64,000 nucleotides of DNA from Callorhinchus milii (GCF_018977255.1 NW_024704743.1:96412001-96476000), one strand, 5' to 3'. Counted from the stretch's first letter, positions 26,931 to 40,933 are shown. Program-made: numbers and translations. The notes: generated from the letters alone by a model not told the origin.

Positions 26931-27100
26931 GCGTCACCGCTCCGGGGCCCGCCGCCTCCTCCAATCACAGGCCGCCGCCCGGGCCGGCAACGTTCTGTCA
27001 CTAACGCACGTGACCCGGGGTGGGGGGGGGGGGGGGAGTGGAGTGTGTGGAGAGAGAGAGAGAGAGAGGAACAGAGAGAGAAGGGGGCGGGGCTGAGCAC
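26860..27100 (-). promoter_or_regulatory. CpG-rich promoter of TP53INP1
   Basis: Dense CpG (gccgccgccgcgccgcgcgc), TGACGC half-CRE near 26931, CCAAT box at 26961, GGTCACGTGC E-box 27006-27015, GC box GGGGCGGGGC 27084-27093. Confidence 0.7.
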
Positions 27101-28104
27101 AGGGTGGATGCTGCTCTCAGCAGAGTGGAGGAGGAGGAGGGGTGGGGGGGGGGGGGTGATGGTGGTGGTGTGGGGGGAAGAGATAGAGATGAAAGAGGGA
27201 GGGTTATGCAAGATGACCCGTGCACTCTTTAATGCATCCACGGAGGGAAATAAAAAAAATAAACGTCTCCCGAAGAGGGGGGGGGGGAGAAACCGTACTT
27301 TTTAATACTTCATGAACTATCTTTTTTCCAGAAGCGTGAAAGGAAAGATGTTTCTTTAGCACTTTCGCAAACTTTTTTTTTTGGGGGGGGGGGATTCCTG
27401 CGTTAATTCAGAGGGAGCAGTTGCAAAACATGTTTTTTTGATGGGGCAGATAACATGTGTAACACAATAAGATGCTCTGTGTGCAAATTATCATAGAATT
27501 GTACAGCACACAAGGAGGCCATTTGGCCCATCGTGTCAGTGACGGCTCTTTGAAAAGAGCTATCCAAAACAAATCCCACTCCCCTGCTCTCTCCCCATAG
27601 CCCTGCAAACTTGATGCAAATTAGGTTGCATCGTATTTAAATATTCATTCAATGTCATGGAAAGCTCTGGAGTCTGGTCATGTGAATATGTGCAAGACAA
27701 ACCTGCAAGTCAAAACTGTCTGATCATTTTGAAACGGTCCGGAGGAGATGCAAAAGAACTGGATTGTTTACACCACAAATTGCTGTGCAAACGCAGTTTA
27801 AACTTAATTTTGTTTTTTGAAAGCATCAAGCAGCAGATAACAATCTGATCCAACTAGGTGGTAGTGTAAAACATAACTAGTAAAGTTGGCTCTGATATGA
27901 ATCATTTGTTCTGCACAAACCACAGGCACCTGACATTTGTTGTTTAAGCATCGTATTTATTTTGCTTCTTAATCAACACATAGGTGGTGGGTGGCTTGGG
28001 CTAGAGGGAGCTTAACCCCCCCCCCCCCAAATTAGTTTTGGCTAATGAGGTGTTGCGGCCAGAAAGGGACACCTACCTCATGTTCCATAAGTAATATAAG
28101 GGTC

Positions 28105-28282
28105 TCAAGATCCTCCTCTTCGACCGTCCCTTTGGTCATCCTCCTACCCCTACCCTCCTTGCTCTCCACTTCTCCTCTCCTGATCCCAACCTCCAGCTAG
28201 GGTTCAAATCTTGACAATCCAGAGCCTTGGGACGTCCTCCCCACGTAAAAGGCGCTATACAAATGTAATTTGTTGTTGTTGT
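28105..28282 (+). mobile_element. L2 LINE 3' tail
   Basis: gggacgtcctccccacgtaaaaggcgctatacaaatgtaatttgttgttgtt. Confidence 0.7.
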
Positions 28283-28324
28283 ACCGGGACGTAAGGCAAA
28301 ACAAATGTAGCAGTCAATAATTGA

Positions 28325-28655
28325 GATTGTTTCCCCTGGTTGGAAAAACTAAAACCAGGTCACAACCTTAAAATCAGAGGCCAGCCCTTTCGCACTGAGT
28401 TGAGGAAGAACTTCTTTACTCAAAGAGTGGTGAATGTATGGAACTCAGTACCCCAAAGAGCTGTTGACGCTCAGTCCTTGAACATATTCAAGACTGAGAT
28501 AGATAGATTTCTTATTGCAAAAGGGATTAAGGGATATGGGGATAAGGCAGGGTCAGGTTATTAGCTGGAGTTAGATTAGAAGATCAGCCATGATTGAATA
28601 GCGGGGCAGGCTCGAAGGGCCGAATTGCCTACTCCTGCTCCTACATGTTATGTTA
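28325..28655 (+). mobile_element. CR1 LINE 3' end
   Basis: GHNLKIRGQPFRTELRKNFFTQRVVNVWNSVP followed by a CR1 3'UTR. Confidence 0.85.
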
Positions 28656-28899
28656 TAAGTTGAGTGAGCGGGAGTTGGATTCAGTGTTGGGACACACACA
28701 CACAAACAGTCAGAGACACACATGCACTCCACAGTCTGCAGCGAAGCACTCACGGTTAGGATGTTTAATGAGAACATAGTTCAGCTCAGGCCCCAACCCA
28801 AAAAATATTTTCACCCGTGGCCAATGAATCTAAATATATTTCATCCATGGTAAATTGGGACAAAATTGGAGCCATTACCTGTCACAATCATAACATTAC

Positions 28900-29225
28900 A
28901 TACATAAGAACATAAGAAATGCTAGACGAAAAAAAGACCAAGGTCCATCTCGTTCGCCTTCCACCTTCCTGACGGTCGCATGCACTAATGTACTATATCC
29001 CATAATGTTATTTCCTAAAAGAAAACTTATCTAATCTGTGTTTGAAGGAATCAACACTTCCTGCTTCAACCATCTCCCCGTGGAGCCTGTTCCACAGGTT
29101 TACTATTCTCTCACTGAAATAGTGTTTCCGTAGTTTTGTTCTGAGTTTACTCCACTTCAATCGCAGGCCGTGTCCTCTGGTTTTACTATTCTGGACAAGT
29201 TGGAACAGACTGTCATGATCTACAT
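28900..29225 (-). mobile_element. CR1 LINE 3' end, same subfamily as 15065-15692
   Basis: DHDSLFQLVQNSKTRGHGLRL...KHYFSERIVNLWNRL; cataagaa tail repeats. Confidence 0.85.
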
Positions 29226-29793
29226 ACATAGTCTGTTATCTTTGTGTGTATGTCGGCAACCCTCCCCTCCCCACCATTTGCTCCACCACATACAAAATCA
29301 GGTAGCAAATTATCTTCAACCTGTACACAGATTATTTGTTGACCACTCACTAATGAATTTGCAGCAAATATATAAAGCCAACATGGAATTGTTCGTTCTT
29401 TGAAAAATGATTACAAGAGATATGATGAATGGATGATTGAAAGAACACTACCAAGTAACTACTTGTACTATACTTGGAGAGTATATCGAATCAGGAATCA
29501 ATTCATTTTGCCTAACAATTGTAATACATTTAGAAATTAGATAAAAATATTTTTTAAAAAGCCAGACATAAAAAGCTACGAGGAATCACAATACTAACAA
29601 AGAACATCAAATGAACAAAGGCTGGGACCTTAAGAAACAATAATGTATAACTAAGAGAAAAACAAATAACCTCTCTCACTATTATAGGAGGCAAAGATGG
29701 AATACAAAGTTGCAATTGGAGATCATTGTTAAGAATGATTCAATACCACATCAATACATTGTAACCTACATTGCAATACATTGTAATCTACAG

Positions 29794-30075
29794 TGCGAGA
29801 CACCTGGGCTCAATTCCAGGCAGAGGGCGAAACTTTGGGCAAGTTTCCTTACTCCACACGCCTAATAATAATCCCTCCAAAACAAAACAATGATAAATTG
29901 GTCATTTTCAATCCACGACTGTTTGTGGGACATTGCCTGTGCGCAATTGGCTGTCGCGTTTCGCCCACAAATATACGGTCAATTCACCTTACAGTCTATT
30001 CGGTCAAGCGCTTTGAGACGTCGAGAAGACGTAAAAAGTGCTATAACAAATGCAAGGATTATTATTATTATAATA
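29794..30075 (+). mobile_element. tRNA-headed SINE, 5'-truncated
   Basis: B-box to (TTA)n tail present. Confidence 0.85.
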
Positions 30076-30279
30076 ACCAAAACAATGTAAGACGTGTGTT
30101 AAAAGATAATTTGAAATAGCATAGTGAGTGTCTTATGCTTAAATACAAAATAATTATGAATCTAAGTGCAAACATTTTAAAAGTGTCAGTCAGCGGCCAC
30201 AGTGGCACAATTGATATCTACAATGTGAAATTGAACCTTTCAAATTGAAAATTCCCAGGGTTGAACTTGAACTTGATGT

Positions 30280-30586
30280 GGAGTCCTGTAGCTCAGTGGT
30301 TAGAGCACTTTCTTCTCAAGTGAAAGACCTGGGTTCAATACCTGGCAGGGCGAAACCTTGGGCACGTTTCCTTACTCCACACACCTAATAATAAACCCTC
30401 AAGAAAAAACAACAATAAAATTGGTCACTTCAATCCACGACTGTTTGTGGGACACTGCTGTGCACAATTGGCTGCCACGTTTCACCCACAAATATAGTCA
30501 ATTCACTTTACAGTATATTCTGTGAAGCGCTTTGAGACATCTAGAAGACATGAAAAGCGCTACATCAAATGCAAAGATTATTATTA
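30280..30586 (+). mobile_element. tRNA-headed SINE, full length
   Basis: ggagtcctgtagctcagtggttagagcac head to ttatta tail. Confidence 0.9.
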
Positions 30587-33500
30587 CGTTTGCTGAGTTT
30601 ATTGACCTCTGATCAGCCAATAGTAGGGATCCTACAATTGACCCCACTGCCACAGACTTGGTAAAGAGAAAGGCAGCCAGAATTCCTGTAAAACACACAT
30701 GGATGGAATGTACCCCAACATGAGTCAGCACCTTTGGGAGAGAAGAGTAGAAATTTGTATGGTTGCACACAAACAAAGATATATTTCTGTCAGGCCTCCC
30801 CATATTATTTTCAGCAAGATGACCCACTATTCTCAGTAACAGTCATATAATTGCAAAAAGAGGGTGAGCATTGGGGTGCTACTTGAGTCTAACCAGCTAA
30901 AACAACATAGTTTGTCATTGATAGTAGAGTCTGGCAAGTTTTCCCGCTGCTTGTCCAGCTAGGACCACCCTACCAGTTAGGGCATTGGCTTGCATGGTTA
31001 ACAGGATTTGAGTGGGAGGATTCCCTGCCCCCAGTGACTGATCTATCCTTCCAAGTCCTGCCAATGAGCCAGAGTATCCGTGCTGTCATCAGCAGTGTCC
31101 TGGAATACTGCAGACCTGCGTGGTTCAGGAACTGCACTACCGAGACTGCCACAGAAAGTTGGCTCAATTCCAACATTTCATTGCCAAACATGTCATCTTG
31201 GAGCCAGTTCATCAATAAATACTAACATAGACTGAATAAGTACAGTATCTCAACAGTTTAGTTACATTAGCAACTAACCTGATTTAATCTATCCCCATTT
31301 CACCCACAAAATATACAGTAATTCACTTTACAATATATTCTGTGAAATGCTTTGAAACTTCTCAAAGACGTGATAAGGCACTATATCAAATGCAAGGATT
31401 ATTATTTATAATAATTTAGTGCAATACATGCCTATTTAATGCAAGCGCTTTTAGTAGTGGGATAATTCTCTGCAAAACATTCTACATAATGCCAACAACC
31501 AGACTAGTCATGTTCTTGCAGTTGTTCCAATAACCCAAAGATAGAAACAACAAAAAGCTATGGAATAAATAATAGCTTCAAACAGTGGAAAAAGCACCAA
31601 TGACTCACAAGCCACTTCACAAGAAAATATTTAGGGTTTTATAAGCCACATAACATAAACGTTAGGACACAAGACCATCCAAAAGCTAAACACATTCTCC
31701 AAACACAACACAAACACAACACTGTAGAAAGGAATATCACAAATGGTTTCAGACACAATATAAAATATTGAGTAAAATTCACCACAAACTATACAAGAAG
31801 CACAAGAGTAAGGAACCAGTGGGTTGTTTTTTTTTACACACACACAAAAAATGCAATAATTGCACAAAGCATCAAGAAAATTAGCAGAAAACATGCGGCT
31901 CTCCTATAAAATAAGACCATGTCTAACTGAATCTCAATTAAATATTCAGGGGAAACAACACTAAAATTGTCATCTTGCTGAAATTTTGAGGAATTGCAAG
32001 CTCTGTGATCAGGGCTCTGTTTGCTTCCTTGTCGTCCATCCCCTCCAACATGTTTCCTCCCTGCTGCACTTTCACGGTGCCTACCTCACTACTTCCACCC
32101 TTGGCCCATAAGATGCGTCTCCAAACAGTGCTCCTTCATTGTTCTGAGCTCCTGGCCATGCAGTTGCCTTCACCATGTTTGTGAAACCAAGAACAGGCAG
32201 CAAGGTGGATTTGTGATAAACAAGGGAAAATGTCTGCAGGGAGGATAGACCTACACTAATCTGCTGCTGAACACCCTGGAGAGAGTACACAGTCCATTCC
32301 AGAAATATTGTATTTCTGGTCGTTAACCAAGGCAAATTTCCAACTCTGGAACATCGCCTGCCTCTGCCTCACCCTCTGCACCACAGGAATGCTCATCCAC
32401 TGCAATCTCCTCCAACCACTATTCTCCCGCCCACTTCAATTGCTTTGCAAACTTGGGCCTGCTGCATGTCCCTTGTCCCCTCTGACTCATCATTTCAACC
32501 ACTGTACTCCTAATCTCTGGAACTCCCTTTGCCCTATACCTTTCTCACGGCCTTCAAAGCTCATCTAAAAATCTTACTCTTTAACTGTGCTTTTGATCAT
32601 CCACTCCTCGCCCTCTTCATTGCTTGCCTGATTTCCCATAGCCACACATGTAAAGTGCTTTGAGATGCTCTCTTATAATATAGGCCCTATATATGGTCAA
32701 GTTCTTTCATTTATTTTTAATTACAACTGTTTTGCACGTTTATGTATTGATAGCATTTTCAAAGACGTGTCATTATATATTTAAAGGAGTTGATTCCTTA
32801 ATCCAGTAAGACCCAACTCTATCCACCCTCCTCTTTTAACAAAAGTAATAGACATGTTGGTGAGCCTATCACGTTTCATTGTGCCACATGCTGCCTAGGA
32901 AATGGCAGAATGTGATGCTCCAATGCTCATCCAACCTACTTGCAAAATAGTGGCCTTTTGTGATATAAGTGATTCCACCATCAACATGACTGATCTAAGG
33001 CATTCAGCTGCTGCATGTTCCTGTTCCAGTTTTAAACACTTAATAAATTTAATTACATTTTCTGAATTCAGCTGTCTCTTTTCAGCAAAAGTCAAAGATG
33101 CATTTGTCCTGATCACATCACAGTTATAAGTTTTAGACATTGAACTAGTCACAAAAAATGTTTGCTTACAAATACATAGTCACTGCGCTGTACAATAATT
33201 GCTGTGTGCAAATTGGCTGCCATGCCTGCCCACAAAACACACAGTCACCACACTTTACAGTATGTTCCTTTGGGACATTCTCTCGATGTGAACAATGCTA
33301 TACCAAATGTAAGGATTATTATTATTAAAAAAATCCTTTGAAACACTTTTAGATGTTTTGACAACGTGCCAATGGGCTGTATCAAATACAATGATTGTTA
33401 AATAATAAAATCACACTGACAAAATAATTGTCTCCGAAACCAGGGCAACACTAAAATAAAGTGATCTCTCCTGTCCCACTGTTTCCTCAATACTCCTTGA

Positions 33501-33964
33501 TCCTTGGATGCAGAATGTTATTTATTGAATTTGAAAAGACCTTGACACATTTTCAGTCAATCCACTCTCACAGAGCAAACAAAACAACAGTGGAATGTTT
33601 CAGAACCTGGGAACAAACCATCCTTGTTACATTAAATAAAGTGTTTATTTTTCCAGTGAAATATATACTCTATGTTCTCAATTTTCTTATTAATTTCATG
33701 TCAGGAGACTGTCTCAAAGCATTTCACATGATATATACTTTTAAATGAAATGTTTTTTGTGTTTTTCCTCTTCTTAAGCTGCATGATATTCACTCAGGGT
33801 GCATGAGAGGGGATTGGAGTTACCTGAGAGGTCTGCTCCCTGATATTTTGAATCCCACTGCAAAAACCCACAGCCAGAATGTGCATCAGAGCAGCCGCCG
33901 ATGTCTCTCCAAACCATCCTTCTGTACCATGAGGCCTGATGGTGGAGGCTTGCTACCACTCCCA

Positions 33965-35133
33965 ATGACATGCCTTTCTTCCGTCATCCACGTTAGTGGG
34001 ACCGCACTCGCCTGGTTCGAGTCCTACCTCACAAACCGCCAGCAGTACATCTGCACAAATGGCTTCTCCTCCCACTCTCACCCGGTCACCTGTGGGGTAC
34101 CCAAAGGATCCATCCTTGGCCCCCTCCTCTTTCTGATCTACATGCTCCCTCTTGGGGATGTCATCCGCAGACATAGAGTACACCTCCACATGTATGCGGA
34201 CGACACCCAACTCTATTTTTTCACCTGACTTTGCGACCCCCAGTCCCCTGATGTTCTGTCAGCCTGCCTGTCAGATCTCAGGGGCTGGATGGGCACAAAT
34301 TTCCTTCAGCTGAATGTTGACAAGATGGAAGCCATACTCTTTGGCTCTCATCAACATCTAAAATCACATGGTTCTCATCTACTCCACCTACCTGACCTCC
34401 CCCTAAAACTCTCCGAACCCATACGCAACCTAGGCATCAGGTTCGACCCCCAATTATCCTTCCTCCCCCACATCCGGTCCCTCACCAGCACCGCTTTCTT
34501 CCACCTCCGACGCATCGCCCGTCTCCACCAATATCTCATCCCAAAAGCCACCGAAACTCCGGTCCATGCCTTTGTCACCTCTCGGCTGGACTATTCAAAT
34601 GCCCTCCTCGCCGGTCTCCCCTCCATTGCCATTCACAAAATCCAGGTCATCCAAAACTCTGCCGCCTGCATTCTCACCCGCACCAAACTCTGCTCCCTGA
34701 TTACCCCAGTCCTTACCAGACCGCACTGGCTACCTGTCCCAGAGAGCATCGATTTCAAGATCCTCACCCTTGTCTTCAAATCAATCCACTCCTCTGCACC
34801 CCCCTACCTCTCTGACCTCCTCTCTCCTCAAAACAGTGCCCGTTGCCTTTGTTCCTCCGGGTCTGGCCTCCTCCTTGTCCCCCGAGTCCTCCGCTCCACT
34901 GTCGGTGGCCGTGCCTTCAGCCACTATGCCCCAAGGCTCTGGAACTCCCTTCCTCACTCCCTTCATCTCGCCCCCTCTCTTCCTATTTTCAGATCTCTGC
35001 TGAAGACCTTTCTTTTCGACAACGCCTTTGGTCACCTTCCTCCCCGGTTCAGTCCCGGGATCCGTTACTGTGAAGCGCTCTGAGACACTGTTCGGCGTGG
35101 AGGGCACTATATAAATCCAAGTTGTTGTTGTTG
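33965..35133 (+). mobile_element. L2 LINE RT/3' fragment
   Basis: [40 protein letters not shown]; 3' part very similar to 17921-18529; (GTT)n tail. Confidence 0.92.
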
Positions 35134-35244
35134 ACATGGCTGAGTTTGGCAACTTGCAATGTGAGAGCGGGTGGGGGGGAATAAATGTCCCCCATACTCT
35201 ATTACTTACGTTGAAGTATGCTGATGCTTCAACATCCCAACAGC

Positions 35245-35640
35245 AACAACCAGTTATATTTATAAGCACAATTTAGGCATGGTGGAGTGCTTAACAGTGG
35301 CAGAGCTTGATGCCAAGCTGGGGAGAGAGGGGAGGTGTCTGTAGGCGTGATCGAAAAGGAAGGTCTTCTGTTGTAATCTGAAGATGGGCAAGGAGGAGGC
35401 AAAGTGAAGGGATTGAGGCAGAGAGTTCCAGAGTCTTGGGGGCACAGTGGCTGAAAGCACAGCCGCTGATGGTGGAGCAGAGGCCACAAGCCATGGGCAG
35501 GAGGCTGAAGCCAGATAAGTAAAGCAGTAGGTATAGGAACAGGTAGGTATAGGGTTGAAGAAGTAGGGTGGGGGGTTTGCCAGGCCATGAAGTGATTTTT
35601 ACATGAGTTTGAGAATCTTGAAATTGATCTTTTCTGCAAT
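35245..35640 (-). mobile_element. L2 LINE 3' fragment
   Basis: PRLWNSLPQSL...KTFLFDHAY, tail-to-tail with the preceding L2. Confidence 0.75.
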
Positions 35641-35779
35641 AAAACACTGCTATACCAGTAAATGGTTTTGATTCTAATTGCTAAGATGACCTCTCTTATG
35701 AATAATAAATGTTTTGTGGTGTCAGTTTGCCTTATGATGGTAGCCTGGCTCAACAGGCTAACACTTTGGAGTTCTTTAT

Positions 35780-36130
35780 CTTAGTGGTTAGAGCACTCGC
35801 CTACAAAATGAAAGGACCTGGGTTCACTTCCTGGGCAGTGCGAAACATTAGGCAAGTTTCCTTATTCCACATGCCTCTGCTTACATAGCAGTAAGTAGGA
35901 ACCCGGTTGTTAGCCGATTGGCAGGTCGCTTCAAAAAAATCCCTTGAAAAAAATATTAATAATAATAATCATTTGGTCACACAATCCACAACTGTTTGTT
36001 GTGCAGAATTGGCTGCCGCATTTCGCCCACAATATATAGTCAATTCACTTTACAGTATATTCTGTGAAGCGCTTTGAAACTTCTCGAGGACGTGATAAGG
36101 CACTGTATCAAATGCAATAATATTATTATT
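35780..36130 (+). mobile_element. tRNA-headed SINE, longer variant
   Basis: agtggttagagcactcgc head, central tagcagtaagtaggaacccgg segment, Deu block, tail. Confidence 0.85.
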
Positions 36131-37329
36131 ATAATTTGCAACTAGTTACAACGGGGGAGTGGGTTTGAATTGGATAGCTCTTTTCAAAGACCCGGCACAG
36201 ACACAATGGACCGAATGGCCTCCTTCTGTGCTGTATAATTCTGTGATTCTAGTTAAGAAGATTAGGTTTCACTTTACACGCCTCCTCAAGTCTTATCTTC
36301 TCTGGTGTGACTGACAAACATGATAGTAATAATAATAATCCATGCAATTCATATAGTTCCTTTTATGTTGGAAGGATGTTTCAAAATGCTTCACAGGAAT
36401 TACTGTAAAGTTTATTGACTGATTTTTGTAGGCGAAAGGATATAGAACCTTAGCTGATGCAAGCTGATGAGTGGTTCATGTCAGACAATGATGAAAAGTT
36501 GTTAGTTTAGCTCAGTTGGTCTCACTTTTGTCTCTGGATCAGAAAGGGGTGGGTTCGTGCCTGACCAGGAATTGAACTCATTGTCCAGTTGACAACTACT
36601 GCAGCACTGGGGGAGCATTGCAATGCTGGAGGTGGTACCTTTCAGGTCAGATGTTAAACTAAGGTCCCACCTGCTTTTTAGGAGGATCCTACTTGAAAAG
36701 AGATGAGAGTTTGTTCTGTGTTCTGGTCAACAATCCTCCAGAAACATTGATTACTCACTTCATTGCTGTTTGTGGGACCTTGCAGTAGGAAAATATGTCA
36801 CCATACTTATCAGCAATTACCTATGAAGGTCTTTTATATGTTGTGACTTTACAGATACAAGGTTGTTTTTATTTTTACGGAACACTATGAGTACACATTG
36901 GAGACCTGTGGATTAAAAAAACAAATGAGCAATTCGTGCAGATAGCTGTCGAAATATAGAATATTGTAGTACTTGAATACACATCACCTAGACAGCAAGA
37001 AACCATTCAATGATTAACATTTAGAAATGGAGTTTGCCTTGTGGAGAATTGGAGGAAGCAAACCCACATCCTGTCCCTTTATGTTGACATTAATATTGCA
37101 TTACAAACTGCAAAGGGTAAAAAGTGGACGGAGCTTAAGTAACAAAATAGAGAAGGCATTCAATAAAAGGGAAAAGAACAACTAACCCTAGTCAGGTCGT
37201 CTTGTGGTATCTTTCAATATCTTCTTCATTAAATAGCAGATAAATCAACTTTGAATTGCTGCTAATGTCTCATGGAATCTTGGTATTCAATCTCCAATTT
37301 TCCTCCCTGCTGTGAAAGCCTTAAAGGTA

Positions 37330-37725
37330 TGATAATAATAATCCTTGCTTTGGCATAGTGCCTTTCACATCGGGACGACATCCCAAAGCGTTTCAAAAGA
37401 TTTATTGTGAAATGGATTGATTGTGTCTTTGTGGTGAAATGCAGCAGCCAATTTGTGCACAACAATGTCCCACAAACAGACATTTTATTTTGGGGGATTG
37501 CTGGCCAGGACACTGGGAGAAACTCCCTTCTCTTTTCAAATAGTGCCATTGGATCTTTAACGTCCACCTGAATAGGCAGACGGGACCTTGGTTTAATGTC
37601 TCATCCAAATAAAGGCACCTCCAAGAATGCAACATGTCCCCAGCACTGCATTGAAGTGTCATCTTAGATAATATGTGTTCAGGTCTCGACGTGGGGCTTG
37701 AACCCATAACCTTTTGACTCAGGTG
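37330..37725 (-). mobile_element. Older DeuSINE (SacSINE1-like)
   Basis: Minus strand reads ggatgagacattaaaccaaggtcccgtctgcc...caggtggacgttaaagatccaatggcactatttgaa, then the Deu block and L2 tail. Confidence 0.75.
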
Positions 37726-38919
37726 AAGGTTGAACCCACTTCAATCTTCCTGGTGTGTACATGCACCTGTCTGGCACCATACCACCTGGAAGGTAATGGT
37801 GTACTATGGAACACTGTGTTCCCCATTACAAGGATGTTTTGAATTTTCCTGCCTCTGATTTGTGAGTACAATAATTCAGCACTGCTCTTGCTTGAAGTAA
37901 ACACTCTATTTGTATTCTCCAGTTGGGTTACTTTTCAACTTTTATGTTTAGCAATTTGGAATCAAAATTGTTGACATCGCATTTCGCACCTTATTTCGCT
38001 GGTCAGGACAGAAACAAATGCAATGCAGGTAGGATTTTAAAGAGTTTTAATATATGTGCGCAATTGGCTGCCGTGTTTGCCCACAAATATACAGTCAATT
38101 CACTTTACAGTATATTTTTTGAGGCGCTTTGAGACGTCAAGAAGATGTGAAAAACACTATATCAAATGCAAGGATTATTATTATTATTATATAGTTTAAC
38201 GGATAAGTTTGATAGCAAGATCACAAAGACACATGAAAGAGAGGGGCTTGTAGAAGTATAGGGATAAAGTAGGGCAGTGGGATTGAAGTGACATCCTTGC
38301 TCTGTGAGCTGGCACAGGCTTGATGGGCTGAATGGCCTCCTTCTACCCTGCAGATTTCTATGTTTCTAAATTATATTGCTATTTTGGAATTCACCCCTAG
38401 TTAAGTGGGTAATACATTCATGCAATTGGTTGTTTATACTGAATGGTATCAGAATGGAATCATAACTCCTGTAAAGAATTGCGAGAATGATTTTAATTAT
38501 GCATTGGCAAATACATGCCAAATGCATGGAACAAAATGTGTTAAAAAGGCTCTAACTTTCAGCAAAGGCAGCATTTGGGATACTAGAATTGGCTGAGCAC
38601 CCTTTGCAGAGGAATAGAGAGAAAATACATCCAGTTTCCACTCCTGATTGCTATCAAGTCACCCTGTTGTAAAGTGCACGTGTTGATTTTGGATAAAAGC
38701 AAGATTGGGTTTGGCTCTGATACTGCTTTCGTGACTGAATAACCTTAACTCACTATCTGGGCAAACAATGAATAATATCCACTGGAGCAAGTCACTGGAT
38801 ATGCCCAGGAAACCTTACTTCAGAACAGAGTGAGCGGCTTCAGGAGAAGGGAGAATTGGAGTTGAGAAAAAGAGGACTATTCACAATCACATGGCATGGA
38901 AATGGTAAGTGTGCCCGTT

Positions 38920-39738
38920 AGTGACAAACCCCCCCACAATTTTCAAACCAATGAAGCAATAAGGGATTTAGGGTATTGGCAGAGGGGAAGCCTGGTAAGG
39001 TGTGACCCTTGGATTGTAAAGACTGAGACCTGGCAGTGCGGAGGCCGCTAATGTGGGCCTTTGGATTGTAACTGAGAGGTGGTGGGACATGTGCCACTTA
39101 AAAGGGGTGACCGAGCCACCAGGGAGGTTTCCCTCTGCTGTGGCTCCAGGAAAGAGGTCCCTGCTCCGACTCCAGGCCCCAGCCCCTGGCAGCCAGGAAA
39201 CAAAGAGGCCTGAGGTCTCCCCACCTGATTAGTCAGGCAGAGCATTGGGGAACCGTGAGGGGTAGGGTGACCATTGGTCCCCGATTTCTGTGGACAGTCC
39301 CCATATTGTGTCCCTCATTAAATTTGCCTCGTCTTGAGCTCAGCAACAAACTGAACAAGAACGATAATACTTTAAATCAGATACACTCATTTATTTCAAA
39401 AATAGAAATTTTCATCAGAGAAATACAGCCACTAATCCAGCAAGATTCTTCAGTACTGCCAGCATTAGCAATTGTGGTGAGTTCAGATTTATATATGAGT
39501 TCCCGGATTTGGTTTACAAAATATGGTCACCTTATGTGCTGGCAAAGTAAATGTAAGTGGGTTTGCAAGACACCGACCATGAACCCAGGTACCTGCAGCC
39601 CTTCAGGGTTGTTAGCGATAGAGAGTCTGGTCTGTCTCCGTTGAAGCTCCGTCCTGTGTTAATAAACTGTGTGATTCTTGAATTAAGCATTTGCTTGGAT
39701 GCATCCGTATCTGCCTAGCTTGGGTAATTGTGGTTACA
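38920..39738 (+). mobile_element. Possible solo LTR interrupted by a MITE
   Basis: GC-richer block starting gtgac and ending gttaca, with AATAAA at 39661; no target duplication identified. Confidence 0.35.
39263..39534. mobile_element. hAT (Blackjack-type) MITE
   Basis: Termini TAGGGTGACCAT and ATGGTCACCTTA form an 11/12 inverted repeat like Blackjack-type TIRs; no clean 8-bp TSD. Confidence 0.6.
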
Positions 39739-40457
39739 ATTTTATTATTGTTTTTTTAAAGCAGAATGCATTTCAGGAGCAGTATTTCACAAACAATAAA
39801 CTACTTGTGTCGTCACTGACAAAATCTAGTAATTGCCTGTGAAGCACTTTGAGACTTTCCAACATAACAATTCAAAATTTTCTTCATTCGAGTCTGTGCC
39901 ACTCACAACTCAAGTAGTACAACTCCATCTGGTGGTTGTTTCTATAAATCACAAATTTTGACATGTTCTGTCTAGTTCTTTCCATATTGCTTTGTTTTAT
40001 ACTGGGTTACAGCAGTACCTGATTTACTCATTAATTCATCTACCGCTTTTCATATAGGATAAACCCTCAAAGCACTTTACAAAGATGATGTGCATTACCT
40101 CATCGAGCAGGGTGGGAAGCAGGGTAAGTTTCAGGATATTGATGAAAGGCCTGATCAAAATAGTGGGCCTTGAAGGCAGGAAGAAAAGGCGCCAGGCAGA
40201 AAGTCTCAAGTCCATGAGAACTTTCAGTATTCAGAAGGGATGCAAGCGATCATCTCTTTCAAACGGAGTATAATAAGTTGCATTGCTTGCTGAGAATGAA
40301 AGACAAAAGAGGAACGAAATTAATGAGGGACAAGACAGTGAGTTCATACACTGACATTAAAGGTCAAAGGATCATTAGGTGACTCCATTCAGTAATCATT
40401 TGGAAGTCAATGAATTCAGCTGAGTTGCATCCTCCATTTCAGCATCATGGTAAAGGA

Positions 40458-40933
40458 TTTGTGCGTACCCCAGTATGGACCATACACATACGTTTACCAT
40501 CAAAACACCCAAAGACATCGCAACACAAACCACGCAAGATACGATAAATACAGAAGTCCAGCCCAGGGTGTGTGTGTGTGTTGTGCACAGGGGCGTTCTC
40601 AATTGTATTTAAATTGGAGCATTCCCAAAATTATGTGCACTTGCCGTGTGTTGTGAACCTGTCTGCACTCCCCATAAAGGGGAAGGCAACAGGGAGACAA
40701 AACCCATCTTGTAACTGCGCCTTGCAAAGGGCGGCAGAACTACGAGGCGGGGAAACCTTGGCCCCTACACCAAAGTGGAGTACGCAAAGGAAACCCCCAC
40801 AACAAGGGGGCCAGATCTGTTGCGTCCTGTAATGGGATAATAATGCGTGTTTCTGTCACGGGAATTGTTTCTTTGATTTAAGTGCAAATATATATTCTAT
40901 CAATAAATACATACATATTTTCTTTTAGAAAAA
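40458..40933 (+). mobile_element. 5'-truncated non-LTR retroelement 3'UTR with AATAAA, short A tail and 11-bp TSD
   Basis: atggtaaagga at 40447-40457 and 40934-40944; caataaa...gaaaaaa just before the right copy. Confidence 0.7.

Noticed and set aside
25057..27305. Many overlapping Gly-, Pro- or Phe-rich ORFs up to 239 aa
   Set aside because: They are translations of the minisatellite, poly-G/C runs and microsatellites, open in several frames on both strands.
13100..27440. p53 response element for TP53INP1
   Set aside because: By eye I found only isolated half-sites (13106-13115, 13398-13407, 25251-25260, near 27426), not a convincing pair. A PWM scan is needed.
32081..33152. Short minus-strand ORFs 32081-32335 and 32895-33152 as exons of a third gene
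   Set aside because: No recognisable family and no consistent exon chain; part overlaps the unclassified repeat. Cannot be fully excluded without RNA data.
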